A stretch of DNA of 64,000 bases, taken from the NCBI GenBank assembly GCA_947589005.1, contig CANPZO010000012.1, positions 5,980 to 69,979 of the forward strand, read 5' to 3'. The position numbers were made by a program, and so were the translations under genes. Shown here piece after piece: positions 1-8,694 of the stretch (position 1 is its first letter; every line of letters starts with the position of its first letter). This DNA comes from an uncultured Clostridia bacterium. Its GTDB lineage: Bacteria; Bacillota; Clostridia; UMGS1883. The notes beneath the pieces are model-generated. The model did not search any database. It was given only the letters and a program-made list of their open reading frames with translations, and was not told the origin of the DNA.

Positions 1-638
1 TCCACGGACCGCCTTTGCACAAGATTGTATTTTTCCAGCCTTTCAAGAGCCGTCCGAGCGTCCTTTTCGTCCATATGGCAGAGGGCGGCGAGGGAAGCCG
101 CCGTGTAAACTCCGGGCTTTTCCATCAGGTGTTTTATGATTTTGCGCACGGAAGCGTCCGCCATCGCCGCCAAAAACTCCGCCGCGGCCTCGTTCTCCAG
201 CAGGGCGAGGTCGTTTTCACCCTCGGGGAGCATGACAAGGGCCATGTCCCTGTTGGCATAAACGCCCCCGCCCAGCCTTGAAACAAAGCCCGTGTGCTGC
301 GTCGGGTTACTTTTCAGGTTTTTGATTGTAAGCTCCGGCTGAGCCTCCGTATCCCAATCCCACATGGTCTCTATTACCGCCCTGTAAACGGCGGAGGGAG
401 CTTCCTCCATGGGCCATGAACCTTTGCGGCCGGGTCTTTCCATGGAAAACAGCTCGTCCACGGTCACTTCAAATATGCCTGCGATCACCGGCAAAAGCAA
501 AATATCCGGCATGGTGACATTGTTCTCCCACTTTGAGACCGACTGGGCCGACACGCCCAGGCTTGCGGCCAGCTCCTCCTGAGTCATGCGCCTGTCCCTG
601 CGCAGGGACGCGATCGTTTCACCCACAGTCTGCATTTT
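1..638 (-). CDS. XRE-family (Cro/C1-type HTH) transcriptional regulator, C-terminus runs off window start
   Basis: Reverse translation from ATG at 638 gives MQTVGETIASLRRDRRMTQEELAASLGVSAQSVSKWENNVTMPDI..., a classic HTH_XRE motif. AAGGAGG RBS 7 nt upstream. Not in the ORF track because it is truncated by the window edge. Confidence 0.7.
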
Positions 639-660
639 AATTCCTCCTTATGAATACATT

Positions 661-690
661 TTACCATAAATTTGCAAAAATTTATGGTAA
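661..690. promoter_or_regulatory. Perfect inverted repeat TTACCATAAATTT-gcaaa-AAATTTATGGTAA in the XRE gene upstream region; putative operator
   Basis: 13-bp arms, directly upstream of the XRE regulator start. Half-site TTACCATAAAT recurs at 778-790 and 27255-27267. Confidence 0.4.
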
Positions 691-855
691 AATTGCGCAT
701 CGCCGTTTCCGAGCCGCAGGCGAGGAAAATTTCGGCGGCGCATAAAATCAAATGTAAAATAAAGCCTTGGCTTTATTTTACCATAAATTTCGGAGAAATC
801 AATAGACGGTTCGGATAGAAAATCGCTTATCCGGATAGGAGTCCAACCGCCCAAG

Positions 856-1326
856 CTACAGCTTCTGCCGTTCCCTGAGCGCCCTGTCCATCTCGCGCCT
901 GGCGTCCCGCTTGGCGGCGTCCTCGCGCTTGTCGTAGAGCTTTTTACCCCGGGCAAGGGCGACGGTCATTTTTACCAGCGACCCATTGAGATACACGTCC
1001 AGAGGCACAAGGGTCAGGCCCTTTTGCTTCACCTTGCCGAAAAGCCGCATTATCTCGCTTTTGTGCAGGAGCAGCCGGCGGGTGCGCAGGGGGTCCTTGT
1101 TGAAGATATTCCCCTGCTCGTATGGCGAAACGTGCATCCCGTGAATAAACATTTGGCCGCCGTCTATCTCGCAGTAGCTCTCCTTAAGGTTGACCTTTCC
1201 CTGCCTGATGGACTTGACCTCGGTGCCGAAAAGCTCAATGCCGGCCTCGATTTTTTCTTCGATGAAGAACTCGTGGTACGCGCTTTTGTTTTGCGCCAGA
1301 ATTTTTACGCTTTTGCTTTCCGCCAT
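856..1326 (-). CDS. smpB: SsrA-binding protein SmpB
   Basis: [39 protein letters not shown]... is a typical SmpB. Start chosen at internal Met of ORF 856..1500; it overlaps the basic C-terminal tail of RNase R. Confidence 0.88.
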   Translation of the reverse strand: MAESKSVKILAQNKSAYHEFFIEEKIEAGIELFGTEVKSIRQGKVNLKESYCEIDGGQMFIHGMHVSPYEQGNIFNKDPLRTRRLLLHKSEIMRLFGKVKQKGLTLVPLDVYLNGSLVKMTVALARGKKLYDKREDAAKRDARREMDRALRERQKL

Positions 1327-3433
1327 TGGGCGCGGCCTCCTTTTTAACGGGTCTCGGCGCCTTTTGGCCCTTGACCGCAAATTCGATTTTCCTGTTTTTA
1401 CGGTTGGCTGACACAAGAGTGACGTCCACCCCGTCCCCCAGACGGTACTCCTTGTGGGTGCGCTCACCCCGCAGGCACAGGGCCTTTTCGTCGTATACAT
1501 AATAGTCGTCGGTCAGGCTCGCAACGCAGACCAGCCCCTCCACGGTGTCGGGCAGGGCGACGAAAAAGCCGAAGCTGGTCACGGATGAAATTACGCCATG
1601 GAAATCCTGACCCACAAACTGCTCCATATACTCGGCCTTTTTCATATCCAGAACATCCCGCTCGCAGTGCTCGGCGGCGGTCTCCCGCTCGCTGCTCTGC
1701 TCCGCCGCGTCCGCATTGGTACGGCGCAGCAGCCTCAGCATGGCCTCGTCGCCCTCGATGGCGGCCTTGAGCGCCCGATGGCAGACCAGGTCGGGATACC
1801 GGCGGATTGGCGAGGTGAAATGGCAGTAATAGTCCGCGCCGAGACCGTAGTGGCCCTGATTTTCGGCGGAGTAGACGGCCTTGGCCATGCTGCGGAGGAT
1901 GAGGGCCGAAATTATGGCCTCGCCCTCGGAGCCCTCGGCGGCCTTCAATATTTCCGCCATGGTCAGGTTGGGATTTATGCCCATGCCGCTGACTATTTGG
2001 CGGACGGTGCGGAGCTTGTTCTCGTCCGGAAGGCCGTGGACACGGAAAACGGCGGGGATGCTTTTCTCGCAAAAGAACCTCGCCACGGCCATATTTGCCG
2101 CCACCATGAACTGCTCGATGAGCTCGGTGGCGTCGCTGGAGCGGCGGAGCTCGATGGCCACCGTCCGGCCGTTTTCGTCCAATACAGCCTTGGCCTCGGG
2201 TATGGCCAGCTCTATATAGCCCCGCCCCGCAGCAAGGCCCTTGAGCTTGAGGCTGAGGGCGCGCATATCCCGAAGCATGGGCGCGATGTCGGCATAACGC
2301 TCCGAAAGCTCCCTGTCGCCCCGAAGTATTTTTTCAACATTGTTATATGTCATGCGGTGGGCGGAGCGTATCACCGACTTGTGGAACTCGCTTTTGCGCA
2401 CAACGCCGTTTTTGTCCATATCCATGAACACCGACAGCGTCAGCCGGTCCTCCCCCTGATTGAGGGAGCAGATGCCGTTGCTGAGCCTTGGCGGGAGCAT
2501 GGGCACAACCCTGTCCGCCAGATAAACGCTGGTGCCGCGCTTAAGCGCCTCTTTGTCCAGCGCGGAGCCGGGGCGCACATAGGCGCTTACGTCGGCGATG
2601 TGTACGCCCAGCCGCCAGCCACCGGCGGTTTTTTCCAGAGAAACGGCGTCGTCCAAATCCTTGGAGTCGTCGCCGTCGATGGTGATTATGAGCTTATCCC
2701 GAAGGTCCAGGCGGCCTTCCAGCTCGGCCGGGGAAATTTCGACCGGCACGGCGCGGGCCTGAGCCTGAACGGTTTTGGGGAACTCCACCTCAAAATCGTA
2801 ATCCCTGATGACGGACAGCACGTCCACCCCGAAATCGTCAGGGTAGCCCAAAGCCTCCTCTATCTCTCCGTGCAGGCTCCCGTCGGTGGGATAGCCGGTG
2901 ATTTTAACTACCACCTTTTGACCGTCCAGCGCCCTGCCGTTGTCGGAGACAAAAATCTCCCTCGGCAGCTTTTCGTTGTCCGGCGTGACGATACCCAGCC
3001 CCGGGTACAGCCTCAAAAGGCCCACCACCCTCGAGGTGCCCCTTTCCAGCACCGAATATACGGCCCAACGCTCCCGCCCGTCATTTTCGGCGGGCAGGGG
3101 ACGCACAAGCACGGTGTCGCCATTAATGGCGGAATTGTAATACTTTCCGCCCACATAAAGATCCTCGCCTCCGTCCTCCCGAATGACAAAGCCGAAGCCC
3201 TTTGGATTTGTTCTGAGAACGCCCTTCACAAGGCCGACGGACGCGGTGGTGCGCAGACGTCCGGTCTTGCGGCTCTCAACGATGTCGCCGCTCTTTATCA
3301 GCTCGTCCACTTCCCCATTGAAGCGGGACGCGCTCTTCTCCGGCACCTTAAGCTCCTCGGCCAAACGGCCGCGGGTCACGGGCTCATACCCCTGAGAGGA
3401 AATAAAGAGACGTATCCTCTCTTTTCTTGTCAT
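1235..3433 (-). CDS. rnr: Ribonuclease R
   Basis: 732 aa with RNB catalytic core ([22 protein letters not shown]), S1 domain and Lys/Arg-rich C-terminal tail. GGGAG RBS. Part of the secG-rnr-smpB synteny. Confidence 0.92.
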   Translation of the reverse strand: MTRKERIRLFISSQGYEPVTRGRLAEELKVPEKSASRFNGEVDELIKSGDIVESRKTGRLRTTASVGLVKGVLRTNPKGFGFVIREDGGEDLYVGGKYYNSAINGDTVLVRPLPAENDGRERWAVYSVLERGTSRVVGLLRLYPGLGIVTPDNEKLPREIFVSDNGRALDGQKVVVKITGYPTDGSLHGEIEEALGYPDDFGVDVLSVIRDYDFEVEFPKTVQAQARAVPVEISPAELEGRLDLRDKLIITIDGDDSKDLDDAVSLEKTAGGWRLGVHIADVSAYVRPGSALDKEALKRGTSVYLADRVVPMLPPRLSNGICSLNQGEDRLTLSVFMDMDKNGVVRKSEFHKSVIRSAHRMTYNNVEKILRGDRELSERYADIAPMLRDMRALSLKLKGLAAGRGYIELAIPEAKAVLDENGRTVAIELRRSSDATELIEQFMVAANMAVARFFCEKSIPAVFRVHGLPDENKLRTVRQIVSGMGINPNLTMAEILKAAEGSEGEAIISALILRSMAKAVYSAENQGHYGLGADYYCHFTSPIRRYPDLVCHRALKAAIEGDEAMLRLLRRTNADAAEQSSERETAAEHCERDVLDMKKAEYMEQFVGQDFHGVISSVTSFGFFVALPDTVEGLVCVASLTDDYYVYDEKALCLRGERTHKEYRLGDGVDVTLVSANRKNRKIEFAVKGQKAPRPVKKEAAPNGGKQKRKNSGAKQKRVPRVLHRRKNRGRH

Positions 3434-3475
3434 ATAATCTCCCTTAATCCCCTAATATTGCAAAATAACGGTTTT

Positions 3476-3510
3476 TTCAAATAAAAACAGGCACCTTGAC
3501 GGTGCCTGAT
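3476..3510 (-). terminator. Rho-independent terminator after secG
   Basis: On the minus strand: CAGGCACCGTCAAGGTGCCTG hairpin followed by TTTTTAT. Confidence 0.6.
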
Positions 3511-3518
3511 CGCCTTCA

Positions 3519-3755
3519 TTACTTAAACAAATTAAGGCAAAGTACGATAGAAAGGACAAAAAACAGAACAGCGCATACGCTTGTAAGCTTCTCCATAAAG
3601 CCTTCCATCGTGTGGGCCTTGTTTTTGCCGAAGAAGGTATCGGACGAGCCGCCCATGATGGCGGAGTCTCTGGGGTCCTTACCCTCCTGAAGCAGAACAA
3701 CGACCGTAAGCACCAGCGCGATAACGATATAAACGATAGTAGCGGCCAGTTTCAT
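3519..3755 (-). CDS. secG: Preprotein translocase subunit SecG
   Basis: 78 aa: MKLAATIVYIVIALVLTVVVLLQEGKDPRDSAIMGGSSDTFFGKNK... Two TM helices and the conserved LLQxGK/FFGK motifs. GGAGGTG RBS. Confidence 0.85.
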   Translation of the reverse strand: MKLAATIVYIVIALVLTVVVLLQEGKDPRDSAIMGGSSDTFFGKNKAHTMEGFMEKLTSVCAVLFFVLSIVLCLNLFK

Positions 3756-3801
3756 ATAGTTACACCTCCGTAAAAATCACGTACATCAATGTCACTATGA
3801 T

Positions 3802-3830
3802 ACTTTACCACATTTGGAGACTAAATGCAA
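3802..3830 (-). promoter_or_regulatory. Putative sigma-70-type promoter for secG (TTGCAT-17-TAAAGT with TG extension)
   Basis: Read on the minus strand: cTTGCATttagtctccaaatgtggTAAAGT. Confidence 0.4.
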
Positions 3831-3899
3831 GTGTTTTTTGTAAATTTTATAAATTTTTTTGAGGATTTTTTATTTCGCAAGGTACTCCGAGCTTAGGCA

Positions 3900-3970
3900 A
3901 TGGGGAGTAGAACCCCGCGACGGTTTAAAGCGGCGAAATTCCCCTCATGCTGCTTTAAAAATGCTCGGAA
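3900..3970 (+). repeat. Fragment (about 70 bp) of the MITE-like element family (left-end portion), overlapping the 3' end of the LRR gene
   Basis: About 85% identical to 17554-17625 of full copy A (ggggagtagaaccccgcgacggtttaaagcggcgaaatt...aaaaatgctcggaag). Confidence 0.55.
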
Positions 3971-5685
3971 GTTATGACTGGGAAGGTCCAGCCGCCGGTC
4001 AGCTCGTAAGGACGCAGGTTTGAAAGGCTGTCCCAGTTGAACGCCTTGACGGTCAGCGAGGCCGGGTCGCCCAACCCCTCAAAGCTCACCCAATAACGGC
4101 CGTCCTCGACCGGCGACTCGCCGGTCAGCTCCCCGCCCATAATGAGCTCGCCGTCCCGATACACGCCGTAGCACCAAACTCCCCCGTTTACCGGCAGGAA
4201 CAGATACGCGCCGGTTTCCCGCATTTCTATATAGTCGGTTCTGCCGCCGGTGTAGTTGTAATATAACAGCCTTTTTAACGCTCCGCCGTTGGCAATGTCA
4301 TTGAGCGGGCCGGCGTCGGCTATCATGTTGCCCGTGAGGTTCAGGCTTTCCAGCCCGCCGAGGCCCCGCAGGGGCTCCACGTCCATGATGCGGTTGTAGG
4401 ACAAGTCCAGCTCCCGAAGTCCGGCCGCGTCCGCCAGCGGAGAAAGGTCGTCTATCCAGCCGTATGTGGCCTTGAGACTGCGCAGATTGGGGAAAAGCGG
4501 GATATCCTCCAGACTTGCCGCGCCGGTCAGGGACAGTTCCGTCACCTCCGCCAGGTCCTCCTCGTAAATGCCGCCCGTTCGCTGAAGCGCCATTTTCGCC
4601 GCTTCCTCTACCTTTTCGTCGGCAAAGTCCACCTTGGGTATGACCTCGCAGGGTATGCCGACGCCCTTGACATACTCGTGGGCGGGAGTGTCCTCGTATA
4701 CCCGCAGGGTCAGCCTGCCGCAGTTATGGAACGGTCCGTAGGCCAAATTGCCAATCCTCAGGGGGAAAATTTCCGTTCCCTTGGGCACGGTCAGGGTTTC
4801 CAGCTCGGGACAGTCAACGAAGCTTACATCGAACATCGTTTCAAGCTCCTCGGGCAAAATCACGGTTTTCAGGCCGGTACAGCCGTAAAACGTGCACGGA
4901 TACAGGTGTTTCAGTCCACTCGGTAGCGTCACGCTTTCCAGCCTTTCCATGTTCCGAAAGGGACTGTCAAAAATAAACGCCGTGGGCAGCTCAGTCATGC
5001 TTCCGCTGAAAACGATGTTCCGAAGGCTGTCGTTATAAGCGAAGGCGTCAACGGCCAGCTTCTTGCAGTCGGTGACAATAGTGTGGGCGCTGCCGCTGTA
5101 AGCCGCAAGGCAGTCTCCCAGGTACACGCTGTCGCCGCGGTTTTTTATCCAGGGCAGCCAGTCGCCGCCGTCCGAAAAAACCTCCCCGCCCAGGTCGGCG
5201 CTGTGGGCGCCGCACTCAAAGTCCGTCAAGCCGCCGCAGCCGTAAAAGGCGCGGTCGCCCAGGACAAGGCCGCCGCAGCGGAGCGCCGCCCTTTCCAGGC
5301 CCGAGCCGCAAAAGGCGTAGCCATCTATCTCTATCTCGCCCGCGTCCAGCTCAAGCTCCGTCAGTCCGGCGCAGTCCTCAAAGGCGCCGGGTATGTCGCG
5401 GTCGGGGAAGTCGCTCGCGCTGCCGCCGATATAAATTTTCTTTTCCGCGGTAAGGCGCAGGGCCGTGACCCCGCTCCCGTAAAAAGCCCCGCAATCTATA
5501 ACTATCTCGTCCACCGGCCCCATATCCGAGGCGGGCAGGACTATTTCGCCCGCAAAGTCACTCGGGCCGGTGACGGTCAGCACCCCGTCCTCCAGGGTAT
5601 AGTCCGGCTCGGCGGCCATGGCGGATAAGGCCGGCAAAAGCAGGGCCGCCGCCGCCAAAACAACGATACATAGCTTCCGTTTCAT
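3955..5685 (-). CDS. Secreted leucine-rich-repeat protein (BspA-type LRRs N-terminal, internalin-like LRRs C-terminal)
   Basis: Signal peptide MKRKLCIVVLAAAALLLPALSAMAAEP. Repeated Cys-containing 20-25-aa LRR units (FYGCTGLKTVILPEELETM...), then LxxLxLxxNxI units. Second ATG chosen (RBS AAGGAGG spacing 7). Confidence 0.8.
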   Translation of the reverse strand: MKRKLCIVVLAAAALLLPALSAMAAEPDYTLEDGVLTVTGPSDFAGEIVLPASDMGPVDEIVIDCGAFYGSGVTALRLTAEKKIYIGGSASDFPDRDIPGAFEDCAGLTELELDAGEIEIDGYAFCGSGLERAALRCGGLVLGDRAFYGCGGLTDFECGAHSADLGGEVFSDGGDWLPWIKNRGDSVYLGDCLAAYSGSAHTIVTDCKKLAVDAFAYNDSLRNIVFSGSMTELPTAFIFDSPFRNMERLESVTLPSGLKHLYPCTFYGCTGLKTVILPEELETMFDVSFVDCPELETLTVPKGTEIFPLRIGNLAYGPFHNCGRLTLRVYEDTPAHEYVKGVGIPCEVIPKVDFADEKVEEAAKMALQRTGGIYEEDLAEVTELSLTGAASLEDIPLFPNLRSLKATYGWIDDLSPLADAAGLRELDLSYNRIMDVEPLRGLGGLESLNLTGNMIADAGPLNDIANGGALKRLLYYNYTGGRTDYIEMRETGAYLFLPVNGGVWCYGVYRDGELIMGGELTGESPVEDGRYWVSFEGLGDPASLTVKAFNWDSLSNLRPYELTGGWTFPVITSEHF

Positions 5686-5763
5686 AATCATTCCTCCTTA
5701 AAATGTGACATTTTCGGCATCCGCCGCTCCTCCGGCCGGTTTACGGCAAAACCTTTAAAAGGC

Positions 5764-5836
5764 TTAAGCACAGGGGAGTCGAACACCGCTTTAAACTCCT
5801 TCGGACCGTGCGGGGTGCATTTTCCCCTATGCTTAA
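5764..5836 (+). repeat. Degenerate 73-bp copy of the MITE-like element (TIR plus internal piece), about 70 bp upstream of the LRR gene start
   Basis: cttaagcacaggggagtcgaacaccgc...ccctatgcttaa shares both ends with copies A and B. Confidence 0.55.
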
Positions 5837-5939
5837 TTTGACTTTGCACTTATTTGGGTGCACAATTATTATATCATTAAGTTAAAATAAAGTCAAGAGT
5901 TTTGTTCCGATTTAGGTGCAAAAAATTGGAGGAATGAAA

Positions 5940-6167
5940 ATGAATTCGGTATACGAAAAGGCTCTGGGCAAAAACATTCGGCGGCTGAGAGAGGAAAAGG
6001 GCCTCACACAGGAGGCCCTTTCCACAAAGCTGCAGCTGATGGGCTGCGACATAACCCGCAGCGCCCTGGCCAAAATGGAAGTGGGCCAGCGGCACATTTA
6101 CGCCGACGAGATAAGGCTGCTGCGGGAAATATTGAACGTGCGCTATGAGGATTTAATGGAGTATTAA
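5940..6167 (+). CDS. Small XRE-family HTH transcriptional regulator
   Basis: MNSVYEKALGKNIRRLREEKGLTQEALSTKLQLMGCDITRSALAKMEVGQRHIYADEIRLLREILNV... GGAGG RBS 7 nt before this ATG. Confidence 0.7.
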   Translation: MNSVYEKALGKNIRRLREEKGLTQEALSTKLQLMGCDITRSALAKMEVGQRHIYADEIRLLREILNVRYEDLMEY

Positions 6168-7919
6168 TCACATACTCTCCACGGCCTCGATGCCCAGCAC
6201 GTCCAAATGCTTCACGAGCAGACGCTTGGTAAGGGCGCAGAGGCCCAGCCAGGCGGCGCGCTTTTCGGCGTCGGCCTCGCTGAGTATGTGGTTTTCGTGG
6301 TAAAATCGGGAAAAGGCCGTGGCGAGGTCATAGGCGCTCTCGCAGATATAGTTGGGGGCCTTTTCCTCAAAGGCGCGATCAAAAGCCTCGCCTGAGAGGA
6401 GAATGGTGAGCATCAAATTCCGCTCGGCGTCGGTATAGACCTTCGCGGCGGCGACAGGCGCGCAATCGTCCATGCCGGCCTTCTTCAGTATGGAATTGAT
6501 GCGGGTGACGGTATAGAGCAGATAGGTGCCGGTTTTGCCCTCGAAGGACAGGAATTTGTCCATGTCAAAAATATAGTCCTTGCTGCGGTGATTGATGAGG
6601 TCGCCGAACTTGATGGCGGCGGCGCCCACCTTGCGGGCGGTGTCGGTCAGGTCCGAGCCGTCGGTGAACTCCGAGGCGCTGAGCTTTTCGGCGGCGGCTC
6701 TTTCGGCGGCGTCGAGAAGGTCGCTGAGCCGCATAACGCCGCCGTCCCGGGTCTTGTAGGCGTGACCGTCGGGGCCGTTCATCGTGCCGAAGCCCAGGAA
6801 CTCAAGCTCGCAATTCTCCCCCACAAGTCCGGCCTTGCGGGCGCAGCGGAACACCTGAGTAAAGTGCAGGCTCTGGCGCTTGTCCACCACATACCACACA
6901 CGGTCGGGGGCGAAATCCTCCTGCCGCTGAATGAGGGTCGAAAGGTCGGTGGTGGCATAAATGCTGGAATTATCGCTTTTCTTGATGATAACGGGAGGCA
7001 TGGGGGCCTTGTCCTCGTCGGTGGCCACCTCGACCACCTTTGCGCCCTCGCTTTCCACCAGCAGACCCTTGGAGGTGAGTATTTCCATAAGCCTCGGCTC
7101 GTAACGCCGGGCGTTGCTCTCGCCATACCAAAGGTCAAAATCCACGCCCAAACGGTCGTAGTTCCGCTTCAAGTCGGCGACGCTGACCCGCATTATCTCC
7201 TTCCAAAGAGCGGCGTAACGGCCGTTCTGGAGCTCGACGGTGGCGGTTTGGGCCTCGGCCTTGTAGTCGGGGTCCTCCTTGCTGCGCTTGGAGGCGGCGG
7301 GATATACCTCGTTGAGGATATCGACGTCCAGCTCCGGCGTCCTGCCGTCCGCGGGGAAATCCGGCGCGAAGCAGGGCCAATCGGGGTTGCGGCGGCGCAG
7401 CTCGGTAATGACCAGTCCTATTTGCAGGCCCCAGTCGCCCATGTGTATATCTCCGTAAACCCTCCGTCCGGTGGCGCGGGCAAGGCGCTTAATGGCCTCG
7501 CCGATAATGGCGGAACGCAGATGGCCGATGTGAAGGGGCTTGGCGACGTTTGGGCCGCCGTAGTCGATAATAATGGTCTCGGGCTTTTCGGCCTGAGGCA
7601 CGCCGAGATTGCCGTCGGCGGCGATATCGCTCATAAGAGAGATAAGCCCCTCGTCCCTCAGCGTTATATTGAGGAAGCCCGGCTTGGCGACCTCGGCCCT
7701 GCCTATCAGCGGCTCCTCGGCCAAAACCGCCGCGACCTCGCCGGCCACGATGAAGGGCGCCTTGTGATACATTTTGGCGGCGGCGAAAGCGCCGTTGCAC
7801 TGAAACTGGCACAGGTCCATGCGGTCGGAGACGGAAACCGTCCCCAGAGATGGGTCATAGCCGCACTTTTCAAAGGCGGCGCTGACAATGTCCGTAAGGG
7901 TGTGTGTTATTGCTCTCAT
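6168..7919 (-). CDS. argS: Arginine--tRNA ligase
   Basis: 583 aa with class I HIGH motif (PLHIGHLRSAIIGE), an Arg-tRNA synthetase N-domain and DALR anticodon-binding C-terminus. Confidence 0.95.
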   Translation of the reverse strand: MRAITHTLTDIVSAAFEKCGYDPSLGTVSVSDRMDLCQFQCNGAFAAAKMYHKAPFIVAGEVAAVLAEEPLIGRAEVAKPGFLNITLRDEGLISLMSDIAADGNLGVPQAEKPETIIIDYGGPNVAKPLHIGHLRSAIIGEAIKRLARATGRRVYGDIHMGDWGLQIGLVITELRRRNPDWPCFAPDFPADGRTPELDVDILNEVYPAASKRSKEDPDYKAEAQTATVELQNGRYAALWKEIMRVSVADLKRNYDRLGVDFDLWYGESNARRYEPRLMEILTSKGLLVESEGAKVVEVATDEDKAPMPPVIIKKSDNSSIYATTDLSTLIQRQEDFAPDRVWYVVDKRQSLHFTQVFRCARKAGLVGENCELEFLGFGTMNGPDGHAYKTRDGGVMRLSDLLDAAERAAAEKLSASEFTDGSDLTDTARKVGAAAIKFGDLINHRSKDYIFDMDKFLSFEGKTGTYLLYTVTRINSILKKAGMDDCAPVAAAKVYTDAERNLMLTILLSGEAFDRAFEEKAPNYICESAYDLATAFSRFYHENHILSEADAEKRAAWLGLCALTKRLLVKHLDVLGIEAVESM

Positions 7920-8569
7920 TTATTCATCTCCAATTTGAAAAATTCATCAAGGGTCATAATATAAGCGTCGCATATCCGGCGCATTTTTTCCGTTTCGCCG
8001 GCGCTCCGCGGCTCGTAAACGCCAACGGTGCGCATACCGGCCTTTTTCGCGCCGAGGATGGCGTCGGGTATGTCCTCGAAGGCGGTGCAGTCCTCCGGAG
8101 GGACCCCCACCCGCTCCGCCGCCAGCAGATACACGTCGGGATAACGCTTGCTCCGCTCCACCTCGCCGGTGGTGGCAAAGGCGTCGAACAGTCCGTAAAC
8201 GCCCAGCCTTTTCAGGGCGGGAGCGTAGTAGCTCTCGGGCGAGCTTGTACACAGGGCGGTCCTGACCCCCATTTGCCGCAGGCGCGTCAGGAACTCCCGA
8301 GCGTAAGGCCGAAGCCGGAGGCGGCTGCGGTATTCCTCCTCGGCCATTTTTTCCCACTCAGCCATCAGCGGCTCGGGCTCGTCGGGCAGGCCGAAGCGGG
8401 CGATGGTATACTCGGCGGTCTGCCGATAGGTCATGTGGGCGATGGTGCGGGCGTAGTCCTCGGGCACGGGGATGCCCCTGCGCACCTCCAAAAACTCCCG
8501 GTCGATACGGCTCCACATACCCAGCGAGTCAAGAATGGTGCCGTCAAGGTCGATTATTGCCGCGCGCAA
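7916..8569 (-). CDS. HAD-IA family hydrolase (beta-phosphoglucomutase-like)
   Basis: MRAAIIDLDGTILDS... has the DxDGT motif I plus the later HAD motifs. TTG start with GGAGGAGG RBS. 4-nt overlap with argS. Confidence 0.8.
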   Translation of the reverse strand: MRAAIIDLDGTILDSLGMWSRIDREFLEVRRGIPVPEDYARTIAHMTYRQTAEYTIARFGLPDEPEPLMAEWEKMAEEEYRSRLRLRPYAREFLTRLRQMGVRTALCTSSPESYYAPALKRLGVYGLFDAFATTGEVERSKRYPDVYLLAAERVGVPPEDCTAFEDIPDAILGAKKAGMRTVGVYEPRSAGETEKMRRICDAYIMTLDEFFKLEMNK

Positions 8570-8640
8570 GGTCAGTCCTCCTCCGTGCGCGGGCGCGCCG
8601 AAACCGCCGCGCCCCGCGGTGTGCTTTATCCAAAATTCAG

Positions 8641-8680
8641 GGGCAGTTCCGAAGAACTGCCCCCTTCTTTATTCAACTGT
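8641..8680. terminator. Bidirectional hairpin terminator between the SLH protein gene and the HAD gene
   Basis: GGGGCAGTTC-cgaa-GAACTGCCCC stem with T-rich runs on both strands. Confidence 0.65.
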
Positions 8681-8694
8681 TATTCTTCAAGCAA

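Noticed and set aside
639-855. Looked for tmRNA (ssrA) beside smpB
   Set aside because: Only 217 bp between smpB end and the XRE gene; no GGGG...tRNA-like acceptor or TCGA T-loop pair on either strand; ssrA must be elsewhere.
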